From NCBI GenBank assembly GCA_963779845.1, contig CAVZZV010000005.1, positions 764,245-828,244 on the forward strand: a stretch of 64,000 nucleotides of DNA, given 5' to 3'. The DNA is from an uncultured Bacteroidales bacterium (GTDB lineage: Bacteria; Bacteroidota; Bacteroidia; Bacteroidales; GCA-2748055). Below the pieces are notes generated by a model that searched no databases, was not told the origin of the DNA, and saw only the letters and a program-made list of their open reading frames with translations. Each line of letters begins with the position of its first letter. The first letter of the stretch is position 1. This document shows, in pieces, positions 41,084 to 49,987 of this stretch. The position numbers and the translations under genes are program-made.

Positions 41084-41540
41084 TTAAGTCAATAGATCCA
41101 CCAAGAATTTTCTCTGCCATACTGGTAAAATCTTCATCCGCCTTGCTGATTATTTCATAATCGTGTGCAGCCCAGATTTCGATTTTTCCATATTGACCCG
41201 CCAGGATTACCTCATCTTCTATCCCGGCAAAATCCATCAGCCTTTTGGGTATTAATATTCTGTTCGCGGCATCGGGTATCACTTCTGCGGTGCCGCTAAA
41301 AAATAATCGCAGAAAGCGACTGTGCTCCTTGTTGTAGGGGTTCGTCCTGCTGCGGATAAGCTGATTTTGCCTCTCCCATTCCTGCATAGGATATAATATA
41401 AGACATTTATCGAAGATATCCCGTTTAAGCACGAAACCTTCGGGAAGGCTGTCCTGCATCTGCTTTTTAAAAGCAGAAGGAAGGGTAATCCGCCCCTTAG
41501 CATCGACTTTGCCATTATAGTCCCCGATAAACGATATCAT
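41070..41540 (-). CDS. mraZ: division/cell wall cluster transcriptional regulator MraZ
   Basis: ORF 41070..41585. The ATG at 41540 gives MISFIGDYNGKVDAKGRITLPSAFKK... Second SpoVT/AbrB-like repeat ...DAANRILIPKRL. Confidence 0.93.
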   Translation of the reverse strand: MISFIGDYNGKVDAKGRITLPSAFKKQMQDSLPEGFVLKRDIFDKCLILYPMQEWERQNQLIRSRTNPYNKEHSRFLRLFFSGTAEVIPDAANRILIPKRLMDFAGIEDEVILAGQYGKIEIWAAHDYEIISKADEDFTSMAEKILGGSIDLSDEK

Positions 41541-41580
41541 TGTGTCTGTATTCTTAAAATGTAAAATTAACACAAAATTT

Positions 41581-41620
41581 CCCACTTTATCCCACTTTAT
41601 CCCACTTTTTTACACTTTGT
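41581..41620 (-). promoter_or_regulatory. candidate MraZ operator: four 10-nt-phased AAAGTG(G/T) boxes
   Basis: The minus strand reads ACAAAGTGTA AAAAAGTGGG ATAAAGTGGG ATAAAGTGGG (plus strand: CCCACTTTAT, CCCACTTTAT, CCCACTTTTT, TACACTTTGT). The array ends 41 nt upstream of the mraZ ATG. It matches the direct-repeat logic of known MraZ sites. Confidence 0.6.
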
Positions 41621-41793
41621 TAATAACTTTTTAGTTTTTGAAGCCGGTAATTCCTCCTAACTATTACCCATTTTTCAGTAATCCCGGGAATTATCCCACC
41701 ACCCCATTGCATCATAGTTCCAGGATATGCGGCATGCATAAATGCTTTTCAATCAAAGTCCGTACAACCAGGCACAATTATGATTTAAATTTA

Positions 41794-41801
41794 TAATTTT
41801 G
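41794..41801 (+). promoter_or_regulatory. candidate -7 promoter element (TAATTTTG) upstream of the acyltransferase pair
   Basis: Exact TAnnTTTG match 84 nt upstream of the ATG at 41885. No clear -33 TTTG. Confidence 0.25.
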
Positions 41802-41884
41802 ACGCTGTAATCCGGAATTCAGTACAGTACAAGAAAAAATGAAATTCAATACGGTATTTTCCCACGTTGGTATTATATTAGGCA

Positions 41885-42748
41885 ATGAACAAACAGGAGC
41901 AAGAGGGTAGGCTTAATCCTATAGATATCAGGAAGTTGTTTATGAACAAAAATCCGGGACTTGCCCGGTGGATGCCGAACCCTGTTTATACCATTCTAAA
42001 AAAAATAGTACACCTGGATTTTATAAATTCATTTTTGGAGCGGCACGGGCATGAGCGTGGTTTGGATTTTACTGAAGCGGTATTAAAAGAATTCAATATC
42101 AGTCTGGAAATAAAGGGTGCTGACCGGCTTCCCCCGGAGGGACGGTATATTTTTGTGTCAAACCATCCGATGGGAGGGTTTGACGGCATTATGCTGGTTG
42201 ATTACCTGGGAAAAAAATATGATAAACTGAATGTACTCGTGAATGATCTTCTTATGAACCTTCGAACAATGGATAGCATTTTTGTTCCCATAAACAAGCA
42301 TGGGAAACAATCGATTTCCGCGGCAAGGGAAATTGGCGTATTATTCAGTTCATCCAACCAGATTTTGACTTTCCCTGCAGGTCTTGTATCCAGGAAAAAA
42401 AAGGGGATTATCCGTGATCCGGAATGGAAGGATAATTTTATTAAAAAAGCAATCAAGTATGAAAGGGATGTCATCCCCATACATGTAAGCGGGCGATGCA
42501 CCAATTTTTTTTATTTTCTGGCAAGGTTGAGAAAGAAACTCGGGATAAAATCTAATATAGAAATGTTTCTTCTTCCCGATGAAACCTACCGTCACCGAAA
42601 CGAGCATATAACCATCACCTTTGGATACCCCATAAGCTGGAAGGCATTTGATAAAAAAGCAAAAGTTAGTGTCTGGGCCAAACGGGTTCAGGATTATGTT
42701 TATACGCTTAACACAGAAGGGGTACTTCCTTTTAGCTACAATGAATAA
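41885..42748 (+). CDS. glsA: lysophospholipid (PlsC-type) acyltransferase, O-acyltransferase of the N-acyl amino acid lipid pathway
   Basis: 287 aa. PlsC-like motifs (FVSNHPMGGFDG, FPAGLVSR). Adjacent to the GlsB/ChoA-type N-acyltransferase, as in Bacteroides. Confidence 0.6.
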   Translation: MNKQEQEGRLNPIDIRKLFMNKNPGLARWMPNPVYTILKKIVHLDFINSFLERHGHERGLDFTEAVLKEFNISLEIKGADRLPPEGRYIFVSNHPMGGFDGIMLVDYLGKKYDKLNVLVNDLLMNLRTMDSIFVPINKHGKQSISAAREIGVLFSSSNQILTFPAGLVSRKKKGIIRDPEWKDNFIKKAIKYERDVIPIHVSGRCTNFFYFLARLRKKLGIKSNIEMFLLPDETYRHRNEHITITFGYPISWKAFDKKAKVSVWAKRVQDYVYTLNTEGVLPFSYNE

Positions 42749-42780
42749 ATTTTTGTAAATTTGCTTTTCCAATTTTTAAT

Positions 42781-43755
42781 ATGACTATGGAAAATATTAT
42801 TCCGGCCCTCCCAAGAAAAAAACTCGAGGCTGAGCTGACTGATGAAAAATTTATCAGGAAAACCAATAATGCGGGGAATTTACTTTTTATCATTACTCAA
42901 CATGACTCCCCTAACCTTATGCGGGAAATCGGCCGGTTAAGAGAATTGACCTTCAGGGCTGCGGGAGGAGGTACCGGTAAGGCACTTGACCTTGATAATT
43001 ATGATACCTGTGAGGATTGCTATAAGCAGTTACTGGTCTGGGATCCCTCAGAAAAAGAGATACTTGGAGGTTATCGTTTTTACATCTGCAATGAAAACAA
43101 CTGTTTTAAAGAGGGCAAAATAAATCTTGCCACGGCAAAACTTTTTAATTTTTCGGAAAAGTTCAATAAAGAATATTTACCAAATACTATAGAGCTTGGC
43201 AGATCATTCGTTCAGCCGAAATACCAGTCAACCAACCGTCTGAGCAAAGGACTTTTTGCTTTAGACAATCTGTGGGACGGCCTGGGCACCCTGGTAAACG
43301 ATTACCCGGATAAAAATTATTTTTTTGGTAAGGTGACCATGTACCGAAATTATAATCAGAGAGCCAGAAACCTCATCCTGTATTTCCTGGAGAAACATTT
43401 CAAGGACCAGGAAGAGCTGATTACTCCTTATGAACCCATGGAGACCAACATGAACCGAGAAGAAATGGCCCGCATTTTTACAGGACAGGATTATATGGAG
43501 GACTACAAGATACTCTCCCAAAATGTAAGAGCCTTCGGCGAAAACATTCCACCGCTTATTAATGCTTATATGAACCTTTCCCCTTCGCTGAAAACATTCG
43601 GAACGGTAATAAACCCCCATTTTGGCAATGTAGAAGAGACGGCTATACTTCTTACAATTAACGATTTATATCATCAGAAAGTGGAAAGGCATATTAACAG
43701 CTATAACCCAAACGAAAAATTGCAAGATCAATTTGGAAGTTTGAGTGATGAGTGA
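42781..43755 (+). CDS. glsB: GNAT-like N-acyltransferase (glycine-lipid / commendamide synthase family; OlsB/ChoA-like)
   Basis: 324 aa. ...HDSPNLMREIGRLRELTFRAAGGGTGKALDLDNYD...LLVWDPSEKEILGGYRF is characteristic of the hemolysin-annotated N-acyl amino acid synthases of Bacteroidota. Confidence 0.6.
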   Translation: MTMENIIPALPRKKLEAELTDEKFIRKTNNAGNLLFIITQHDSPNLMREIGRLRELTFRAAGGGTGKALDLDNYDTCEDCYKQLLVWDPSEKEILGGYRFYICNENNCFKEGKINLATAKLFNFSEKFNKEYLPNTIELGRSFVQPKYQSTNRLSKGLFALDNLWDGLGTLVNDYPDKNYFFGKVTMYRNYNQRARNLILYFLEKHFKDQEELITPYEPMETNMNREEMARIFTGQDYMEDYKILSQNVRAFGENIPPLINAYMNLSPSLKTFGTVINPHFGNVEETAILLTINDLYHQKVERHINSYNPNEKLQDQFGSLSDE

Positions 43756-43818
43756 TGCTTTATGGGAATTGATGGAAAAAGCAGATGTGCAGGACCCCCA
43801 AGGCAATGCCTTGTAGTG

Positions 43819-45720
43819 TCAATAGGCTCTGGTCCCAACTCCTTCAATATAATTAAGAAAAGAATTTGAAACTACTTTGTTTCCACCAGGTGTTGGATAG
43901 TTTCCGGTAAAATACCAGTCGCCTTTATCGTTAGGACAAGCCTTATGAAGATTCTCAATACTTTGATAAACAATTTCCACTTCCGCCTTTACCTCCTTTG
44001 ATGTCAGCAACTCGCTTATTTTATGTGAAATTTCCTCGTCTGTAAAGGGGCGGTAAATTTCAGTAACATAATTGACAAATTCTTCTTTAGGGAGATCCAT
44101 CTGCTCCCGGCATTTACGGTAGACTTCGTTTATAATACTATCTTTTGACTTTTCACGAAGAAGGGCGATAGCCGCCTTGAAGGCGATAAAATTTCCCAGG
44201 ATGGCCATATCAATTCCATAGCAGTCAGGGTATCGTATTTGTGGAGAAGAAGATACGACCACGATTTTTTTCGGGCCAAGCCGATCCAGAATCCGAAGGA
44301 TGCTTTGTTTCAAGGTTGTACCCCTTACGATAGAATCGTCTATCACCACCAGATTATCTATCCCACGTTTGAGCGATCCGTAAGTAATATCATAAACATG
44401 CCCTACCAGGTCGTCCCGGCCTTTATCCTGGGCTATGAAAGTGCGAAGTTTTATATCCTTGATGGCCACTTTTTCAATTCTTGGTTTTTCAGAAACGATA
44501 GCCAGGAGATCTTTTTCGGTAAATACCCCGTTTTTACTTTTTACAAGGTCTTTCTTTCTCTCGATCATGAAGTTCTCAATCCCCTCCACCATTCCGTAAA
44601 ATGCGGATTCCGCAGTATTCGGGATAAATGAAAAAACAGTATTTTCGAGATCATAATTAATCGCTTTGAGGACAGCGGGAACAATGAGTTCACCAAGCTT
44701 TTTTCTCTCTTTATAGATATCGATGTCTGATCCGCGGGAAAAATAGATCCTTTCAAAGGAACAGGATTTTCTTTCACCAGGTTCAAGGACTTTATCCACT
44801 TTCACTTCCCCATCCCTTTTGATGATAACTGCATGCCCGGGGGGGACCTCCTGTATCCTGTTTGCTGCAACATTAAAGGCCGTCTGGATCACCGGGCGTT
44901 CGGAAGCGATCACGGCAACTTCCTCATCATGGTAATAAAATGCCGGGCGGATACCCCATGGATCGCGGTAGGCAAATGTGTCGCCATGTCCCATCATCCC
45001 TGCTATCACATAGCCGCCATCCCAACGCTTACTGGCCTCCCTGAGCACTTTCGATAAATCAATATTCTTAGCGATCAATCGTGAAACGTCTGTATTGGAA
45101 TAACCCTGGGCCTTAAATTTATCGAACAGGAACTGGTTTTCCTTATCGAGAAAATGGCCCACTTTTTCAAGGATGGTCACCGTATCGGAATAATCTTTCG
45201 GGGATTGGCCTAATTCAATGAGCAGCTTAAAAAGTTCATCCACATTGGTAAGATTGAAATTCCCTGCCAGGACAAGATTTCTTGATTTCCAATTGTTTTC
45301 GCGCATAACCGGATGGACATTGTCGAGAGAGTTGTTCCCAAAGGTCCCATACCGTAAGTGCCCCAGGTATGTTTCTGCAACAAACGGTAGATTGAGCTTG
45401 CACCAGTTCACATCGTTCAGGCGATCGGGGTGTAATTTCCCAACCTTGTTAAATTTCCGGTAAATTTTTTCAAAGACCATGTTAATAGCCGATACATCGG
45501 TAGAGCGCTGGCGGTTGAAATACTTATACCCTGGAGGCATATCAAATTTCAGGCTCACAATTCCCGCTCCGTCCTGACCACGGTTCCTCTGCTTTTCCAT
45601 TAGGAGGTAGAGCTTCTGTAATCCATACCTCCAGGTTCCGTACTTTAACTGATAATACTCAAGCGGTTTTAGCAACCTCACCAGGGCTATCCCACATTTA
45701 TGTTTTATATCCTCACTCAT
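43819..45720 (-). CDS. purF: amidophosphoribosyltransferase (long Bacteroidota form)
   Basis: 633 aa. N-terminal Ntn glutaminase (KHKCGIALVRLLKPLEYYQLKYGTWRYGLQKLYLLMEKQRNRGQDGAG). PRTase motif VVIDDSIVRGTT. Confidence 0.88.
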   Translation of the reverse strand: MSEDIKHKCGIALVRLLKPLEYYQLKYGTWRYGLQKLYLLMEKQRNRGQDGAGIVSLKFDMPPGYKYFNRQRSTDVSAINMVFEKIYRKFNKVGKLHPDRLNDVNWCKLNLPFVAETYLGHLRYGTFGNNSLDNVHPVMRENNWKSRNLVLAGNFNLTNVDELFKLLIELGQSPKDYSDTVTILEKVGHFLDKENQFLFDKFKAQGYSNTDVSRLIAKNIDLSKVLREASKRWDGGYVIAGMMGHGDTFAYRDPWGIRPAFYYHDEEVAVIASERPVIQTAFNVAANRIQEVPPGHAVIIKRDGEVKVDKVLEPGERKSCSFERIYFSRGSDIDIYKERKKLGELIVPAVLKAINYDLENTVFSFIPNTAESAFYGMVEGIENFMIERKKDLVKSKNGVFTEKDLLAIVSEKPRIEKVAIKDIKLRTFIAQDKGRDDLVGHVYDITYGSLKRGIDNLVVIDDSIVRGTTLKQSILRILDRLGPKKIVVVSSSPQIRYPDCYGIDMAILGNFIAFKAAIALLREKSKDSIINEVYRKCREQMDLPKEEFVNYVTEIYRPFTDEEISHKISELLTSKEVKAEVEIVYQSIENLHKACPNDKGDWYFTGNYPTPGGNKVVSNSFLNYIEGVGTRAY

Positions 45721-46201
45721 TGTTATCGGGATTAAGCCCTTGGTTATATTTTACGTTAATAGGCTGCTGGGGTACCACATAGGAAAAAGGATAATCCTTT
45801 TCAATGCGGTAAAACAATTTTAGTGCCTCAGACCAGGTCCGGCAATCGCCAACGTATACTACAAAATCGGGGGTATCAAACTTCAGATAAGCACTTACAT
45901 CCTCGTACCGGCTGGTGAAGTTTGCCCTGATGCGACTGGCCTCATCAAAAGCACCGGTACCTGATCCGCGGTATATACGGATCCGTAGTCCGGGAAAATC
46001 AGGGTTTCTTTTATTATAGGCCAGATGCTTGAAATAGTTTTCTTCAATACCCTGATCAAGGTGAAGGGTAACCCCACTCTGAAAAGAGGATTGATTTAAA
46101 CGGGAAAGAAGATCGGCAGAGGTTGAGGAAGAAGGGTTTTGCGGGTACATAATGTTCCAAAAACCGATCAAAAACACAGCACAAAATAGCAGTCTCTTCA
46201 T
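45713..46201 (-). CDS. secreted SPOR-like domain protein
   Basis: 162 aa. Signal peptide (LLFCAVFLIGFWNI). The C-terminal ...GLRIRIYRGSG...ASRIRANFTSRYEDVSAYLKFDTPDFVVYVGDCRTWSEALKLFYRI resembles a SPOR fold pattern. Confidence 0.45.
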   Translation of the reverse strand: MKRLLFCAVFLIGFWNIMYPQNPSSSTSADLLSRLNQSSFQSGVTLHLDQGIEENYFKHLAYNKRNPDFPGLRIRIYRGSGTGAFDEASRIRANFTSRYEDVSAYLKFDTPDFVVYVGDCRTWSEALKLFYRIEKDYPFSYVVPQQPINVKYNQGLNPDNNE

Positions 46202-46375
46202 AACGTGGTTTAAACGTTCAAAATTAATGAAAATTACGCGAAGAGCGGCATTTTTATTAATTTTGTTTTGAATGACCCCGATGGGAAGGCGAGGGATCTC
46301 TGAACGATATCAAATCATTCCCCGCCCTTCATAAGAGGCAGATTTCTGTATCTTTGTGAAATAATTGCCAATGCA

Positions 46376-47648
46376 TTGAATATTTACAATAATCCAGACA
46401 TAATCGTAATTGGCGCGGGTGCTGCCGGTCTTCTTGCCGCCGGAAGTGCCGCGGAGTCAGGTGCGAAAGTTTTGCTTATTGAAAAGATGGAACGACCGGG
46501 AAGAAAACTACTTATCACCGGGAAAGGACGCTGTAATATTACCAATACAGCCCCTCTGGCTGAATTCCTGAAACACACATATCCCATCCCTAATTTTCTC
46601 CGGCCTGCTTTCAATACCTTCTTTTCCCAGGACATTATCTCCCTCTTGAATAAAAACGGGGTAAAAACGATCACGGAAAGAGGCAACAGGGTCTTTCCGG
46701 TGAGCAATAAATCGTCGGATGTAGTCCAGGCACTCACTTCCTGGCTGGAAGCAAGTAAAGTTGAAATTATCCGGGATTCAAGGGTTACAGGGATCGTTTT
46801 TGAAAACCAGGCGGTGAAATCTGTTATTGCTGAAAAAAACAAGTCATCTTTTGAAATCCGGGCCCGGTCGGTTATTATATGTACCGGCGGAAAATCCTAT
46901 CCGGCCACCGGATCTTCGGGGGATGGCTATAAATTTGCCGAACAGGCGGGGCATTCCATTAACAGAGCGCACCCCTCATTGGTGCCATCTGGTAACCGAA
47001 GGAGAAACAGCTGCAAAAATGCAGGGACTAAGTCTCAGGAACGTAAGTGCTTCCTTGTGGATAAACGGTAAAAAAGCCGCTTCGGAATTCGGGGAAATGC
47101 TTTTTACCCATTTTGGATTATCGGGCCCCATTCTTCTCACTTTAAGCAGAATGGCCGTCAAGGCACTCCTCTCAAATTCTAATGTAGAAATCTCCATCGA
47201 CCTTAAACCTGCTCTGGATGAGCAAAAACTGGACAACCGCCTGGTCCGCGATCTGAACGATAATGGAAAGAAAACGCTTGGAACAATCTTCAGGCAATGG
47301 CTCCCCTCCTCGATGATTCCGGTATTTATGGAGCAACTCAGTCTGGATCCTTCAAAAGAATGCCATCAGTTAAACTCTAAAGACCGCAGGAAAATCATGT
47401 TATTGATGAAGGATTTCCGGTTTAAAATTAGTTCTGCGCGTTCCTTTAAAGAGGCCATTATAACTGCGGGGGGAGTGAACACGGGCGAAATTGATAAAAA
47501 TAGCATGGAGTCCCGGCTGATAAAGAATCTGTATTTTGCAGGAGAAGTTCTTGATCTGGATGGAGATACAGGGGGCTACAACCTACAGATTGCCTGGTCT
47601 ACAGGTTGGCTGGCAGGAATATCGGCAGCTAAAAAGGTGATGATTTAA
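46376..47648 (+). pseudogene. BaiN/RdsA (HI0933-like) NAD(P)/FAD-dependent oxidoreductase, interrupted by a 1-nt frameshift
   Basis: ORF 46376..47071 (TTG start; DIIVIGAGAAGLLAAGSAAESG...GKGRCNITN...) and ORF 46827..47648 (...LVTEGETAAKMQGLSLRNV...FTHFGLSGP...AGGVNTGEID...YFAGEVLDLDGDTGGYNLQ). The reading switches at CCA-T-CTG (46985-46991): ...PSLVP|LVTEGE... The span is 1273 nt = 3n+1. Confidence 0.7.
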
Positions 47649-47663
47649 CATCCATATTATGCT

Positions 47664-49193
47664 CTATTCCAAAATTTTCAAGGCAGTTTTTATTCCATCT
47701 GCTCCACTTGAAATGATCCCCCCGGAATAGCCGCTCCCTTCACCAATCATATATAAATTCTCAAATCCCATACATCTGCCATCATCTTCGCGCAGGACCT
47801 GGATGGAAGCAGAGGTCTTGCTCTCGAGTCCCATGATACTCCCCGTATCAAAACCCTTCATCTTTCTGCAAAAATCCTTCAAGCCCTCCCGCATGGCCAT
47901 CTGGACCCTATCAGGTAAAATCTCCCACAATGGAAAGGGGTTAAGCGCCAATGGATAAGAACTCTCCGGAATCTTTGAAGAAACCCTCTGCGAAATAAAA
48001 TCGGAAATAGAACATATAGGTGCTCTATAATCACGACTCAGGGAATAGAACTTCATTTCCAGATCTTCAAGCCAGTCAAGAAGTTCATAAGCCGTGAGCT
48101 TTTCAGAGATTATATCGTAAGGGTTTAGGGCAGCCACACAAGCCGCATTCGAAAATTTCATGTCGCGGTCAAAGAGACTCATTCCATTGACAATGTTACT
48201 ATTTTTATAGGCGGTAGCTGGTACGACGATCCCACCCGGACACATACAAAAAGTATAAACCGGAAGCTTGTCCGACGGGTTGGAGGTAAGCCTGTATTCC
48301 GCAGCCTTCACACCGGGGAGTTCTTCCCTGCCCCACTGAGCTTTATTGATTACCTGCCGTGAATGTTCCATTCTGGACCCAAGGGCAAAGTTTTTTGGAC
48401 GGAACATGACCCCTTTTTTCATCAGCATCCTGAATGTTTCAAAAGCCGAATGACCAATGCCAAGAAGGAAAATATCAGCCTCTGTTTCTCCTCTGTTTGT
48501 TTTTACCGCGAGAACTTTTTTATTTTCCAGGTAAATCTCCTCCAGGGTGGTTTCAAATTGAATTTCCCCCCCTTCCTTTTGGTAAAAGTTTCTTAAATTC
48601 TGAACAATTATCTTAAGGTTATCACTCCCTATATGAGGATGGTTCATCCAGGCTATTTCACGGGGTGCGCCGGCATTGATATACGCATCAAGAATAAACT
48701 GTCTTTCCACAGAGATCCTTTTGCTTCGGGAAGTGAGCTTTCCATCGGAAAATGTACCAGCTCCCCCCTCACCGAATGCATAATTTGCTGAAGGATCGAA
48801 TGGTCCACCGGATTCAAAAAACTGAATACTTTTCTCCCTTTCAATAACATTCTTGCCACGTTCAATAATGGTGGTATTGTAACCTGCTTTTTGCAAAATA
48901 TAAGCAGCAAAAAACCCTGCGGGGCCACTCCCGGCAATCAATGCCTTTTTGTGACCCTTCAGCATCGGGATTTTTAGCCCCGGAACTGAAGGCTTTATGC
49001 CCTCTTTGAGCACTGGTGAACTTACCGCAACGGCCAGTTCAAAATGTATATCAGATTTCTTCCGTGCATCAAGACTTTTATGTTCAATCTGATAACTAAA
49101 TTCATTGATTTTTAGCTTTTTGGATATTAAAACCCGCAGTTCCTGATCCGAAATATCGGTCGGAACCTGAAGCCTGATTTCCCGGTAACCCAT
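47664..49193 (-). CDS. FAD-dependent oxidoreductase (COG2509-type)
   Basis: 509 aa. KALIAGSGPAGFFAAYIL...GEGGAGTFSDGKL...GGIISSGADG. Confidence 0.8.
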   Translation of the reverse strand: MGYREIRLQVPTDISDQELRVLISKKLKINEFSYQIEHKSLDARKKSDIHFELAVAVSSPVLKEGIKPSVPGLKIPMLKGHKKALIAGSGPAGFFAAYILQKAGYNTTIIERGKNVIEREKSIQFFESGGPFDPSANYAFGEGGAGTFSDGKLTSRSKRISVERQFILDAYINAGAPREIAWMNHPHIGSDNLKIIVQNLRNFYQKEGGEIQFETTLEEIYLENKKVLAVKTNRGETEADIFLLGIGHSAFETFRMLMKKGVMFRPKNFALGSRMEHSRQVINKAQWGREELPGVKAAEYRLTSNPSDKLPVYTFCMCPGGIVVPATAYKNSNIVNGMSLFDRDMKFSNAACVAALNPYDIISEKLTAYELLDWLEDLEMKFYSLSRDYRAPICSISDFISQRVSSKIPESSYPLALNPFPLWEILPDRVQMAMREGLKDFCRKMKGFDTGSIMGLESKTSASIQVLREDDGRCMGFENLYMIGEGSGYSGGIISSGADGIKTALKILE

Positions 49194-49267
49194 ATCTTGA
49201 AGAAAATTATCATTAAAGTTAATAAATCATACCTGTTTCTAATTAAAAATTTTATTATTTTGCGCTC

Positions 49268-49987
49268 ATGGTAAATTCGACACCCGGCACCAGAAATACT
49301 GAAATCCTCTCCGGAATTTTTTCTATATTTTCGGGTCTGGCACTTATTGCCACTATCCTTACCCGTTTCGAATTTATCAGCTTCTTTTCGAGTTACAGCG
49401 AAGATCTCGAATATCTTATGGGCAATCTTTATCTCCTGAAGATTAATTCCAACTTTTGGCTCTTAACTGCACTTCTTTTGACCTTTTGTGCCTCAACTTT
49501 TATCGTTTTGATGAACCCATACCATCGACTTTTCTCCCTCTTAACAGGTTTTCTAATCATTTTAGCTTCGTCCATGATCTGTGTTTCGGCTATTAAGGGC
49601 TACAATATTATAGATATTATACGGCATTTTAGTGACCTCGACCTGTTAAGCAATGATTCCTTAAAAATTATGGTCTATTCTCTGGCCCGGGAAAAGGAAA
49701 CCTATATAAATATTTCCTATTCCTTACTGGGCCTTTCCTTCCTATCACTTGGAGCATTTGGCCTACGAACCAGAAGGATTTCGATTTTCACTTCCATCGT
49801 TAGTGTTATTACGGGCCTTATTCTGCCTGTTTTTACCATAATGGTTCCGGAAAGCCTTCCCGCTGACCTGGGACTAATTGCCGGTTGTGCAACCTTCATG
49901 ATAATTGGTACCCGTCTATTGTTTAACGGTTTAGAAAAGAAAAAAAGGAACAGAAAGAAACCTGTCAACCCTGAAACAAAAAAATGA
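49268..49987 (+). CDS. polytopic membrane protein of unknown function
   Basis: 239 aa with about six hydrophobic helices and a basic tail (EKKKRNRKKPVNPETKK). Its TGA overlaps the ATG of the downstream kinase (ATGA at 49984-49987). Confidence 0.6.
   Translation: MVNSTPGTRNTEILSGIFSIFSGLALIATILTRFEFISFFSSYSEDLEYLMGNLYLLKINSNFWLLTALLLTFCASTFIVLMNPYHRLFSLLTGFLIILASSMICVSAIKGYNIIDIIRHFSDLDLLSNDSLKIMVYSLAREKETYINISYSLLGLSFLSLGAFGLRTRRISIFTSIVSVITGLILPVFTIMVPESLPADLGLIAGCATFMIIGTRLLFNGLEKKKRNRKKPVNPETKK

Noticed and set aside
41839-41910. 23-codon upstream ORF (MKFNTVFSHVGIILGNEQTGARG*) overlapping the start of the glsA-like gene.
   Set aside because: It is too short and featureless, and there is no evidence of leader-peptide logic. 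I note it only as a possibility.
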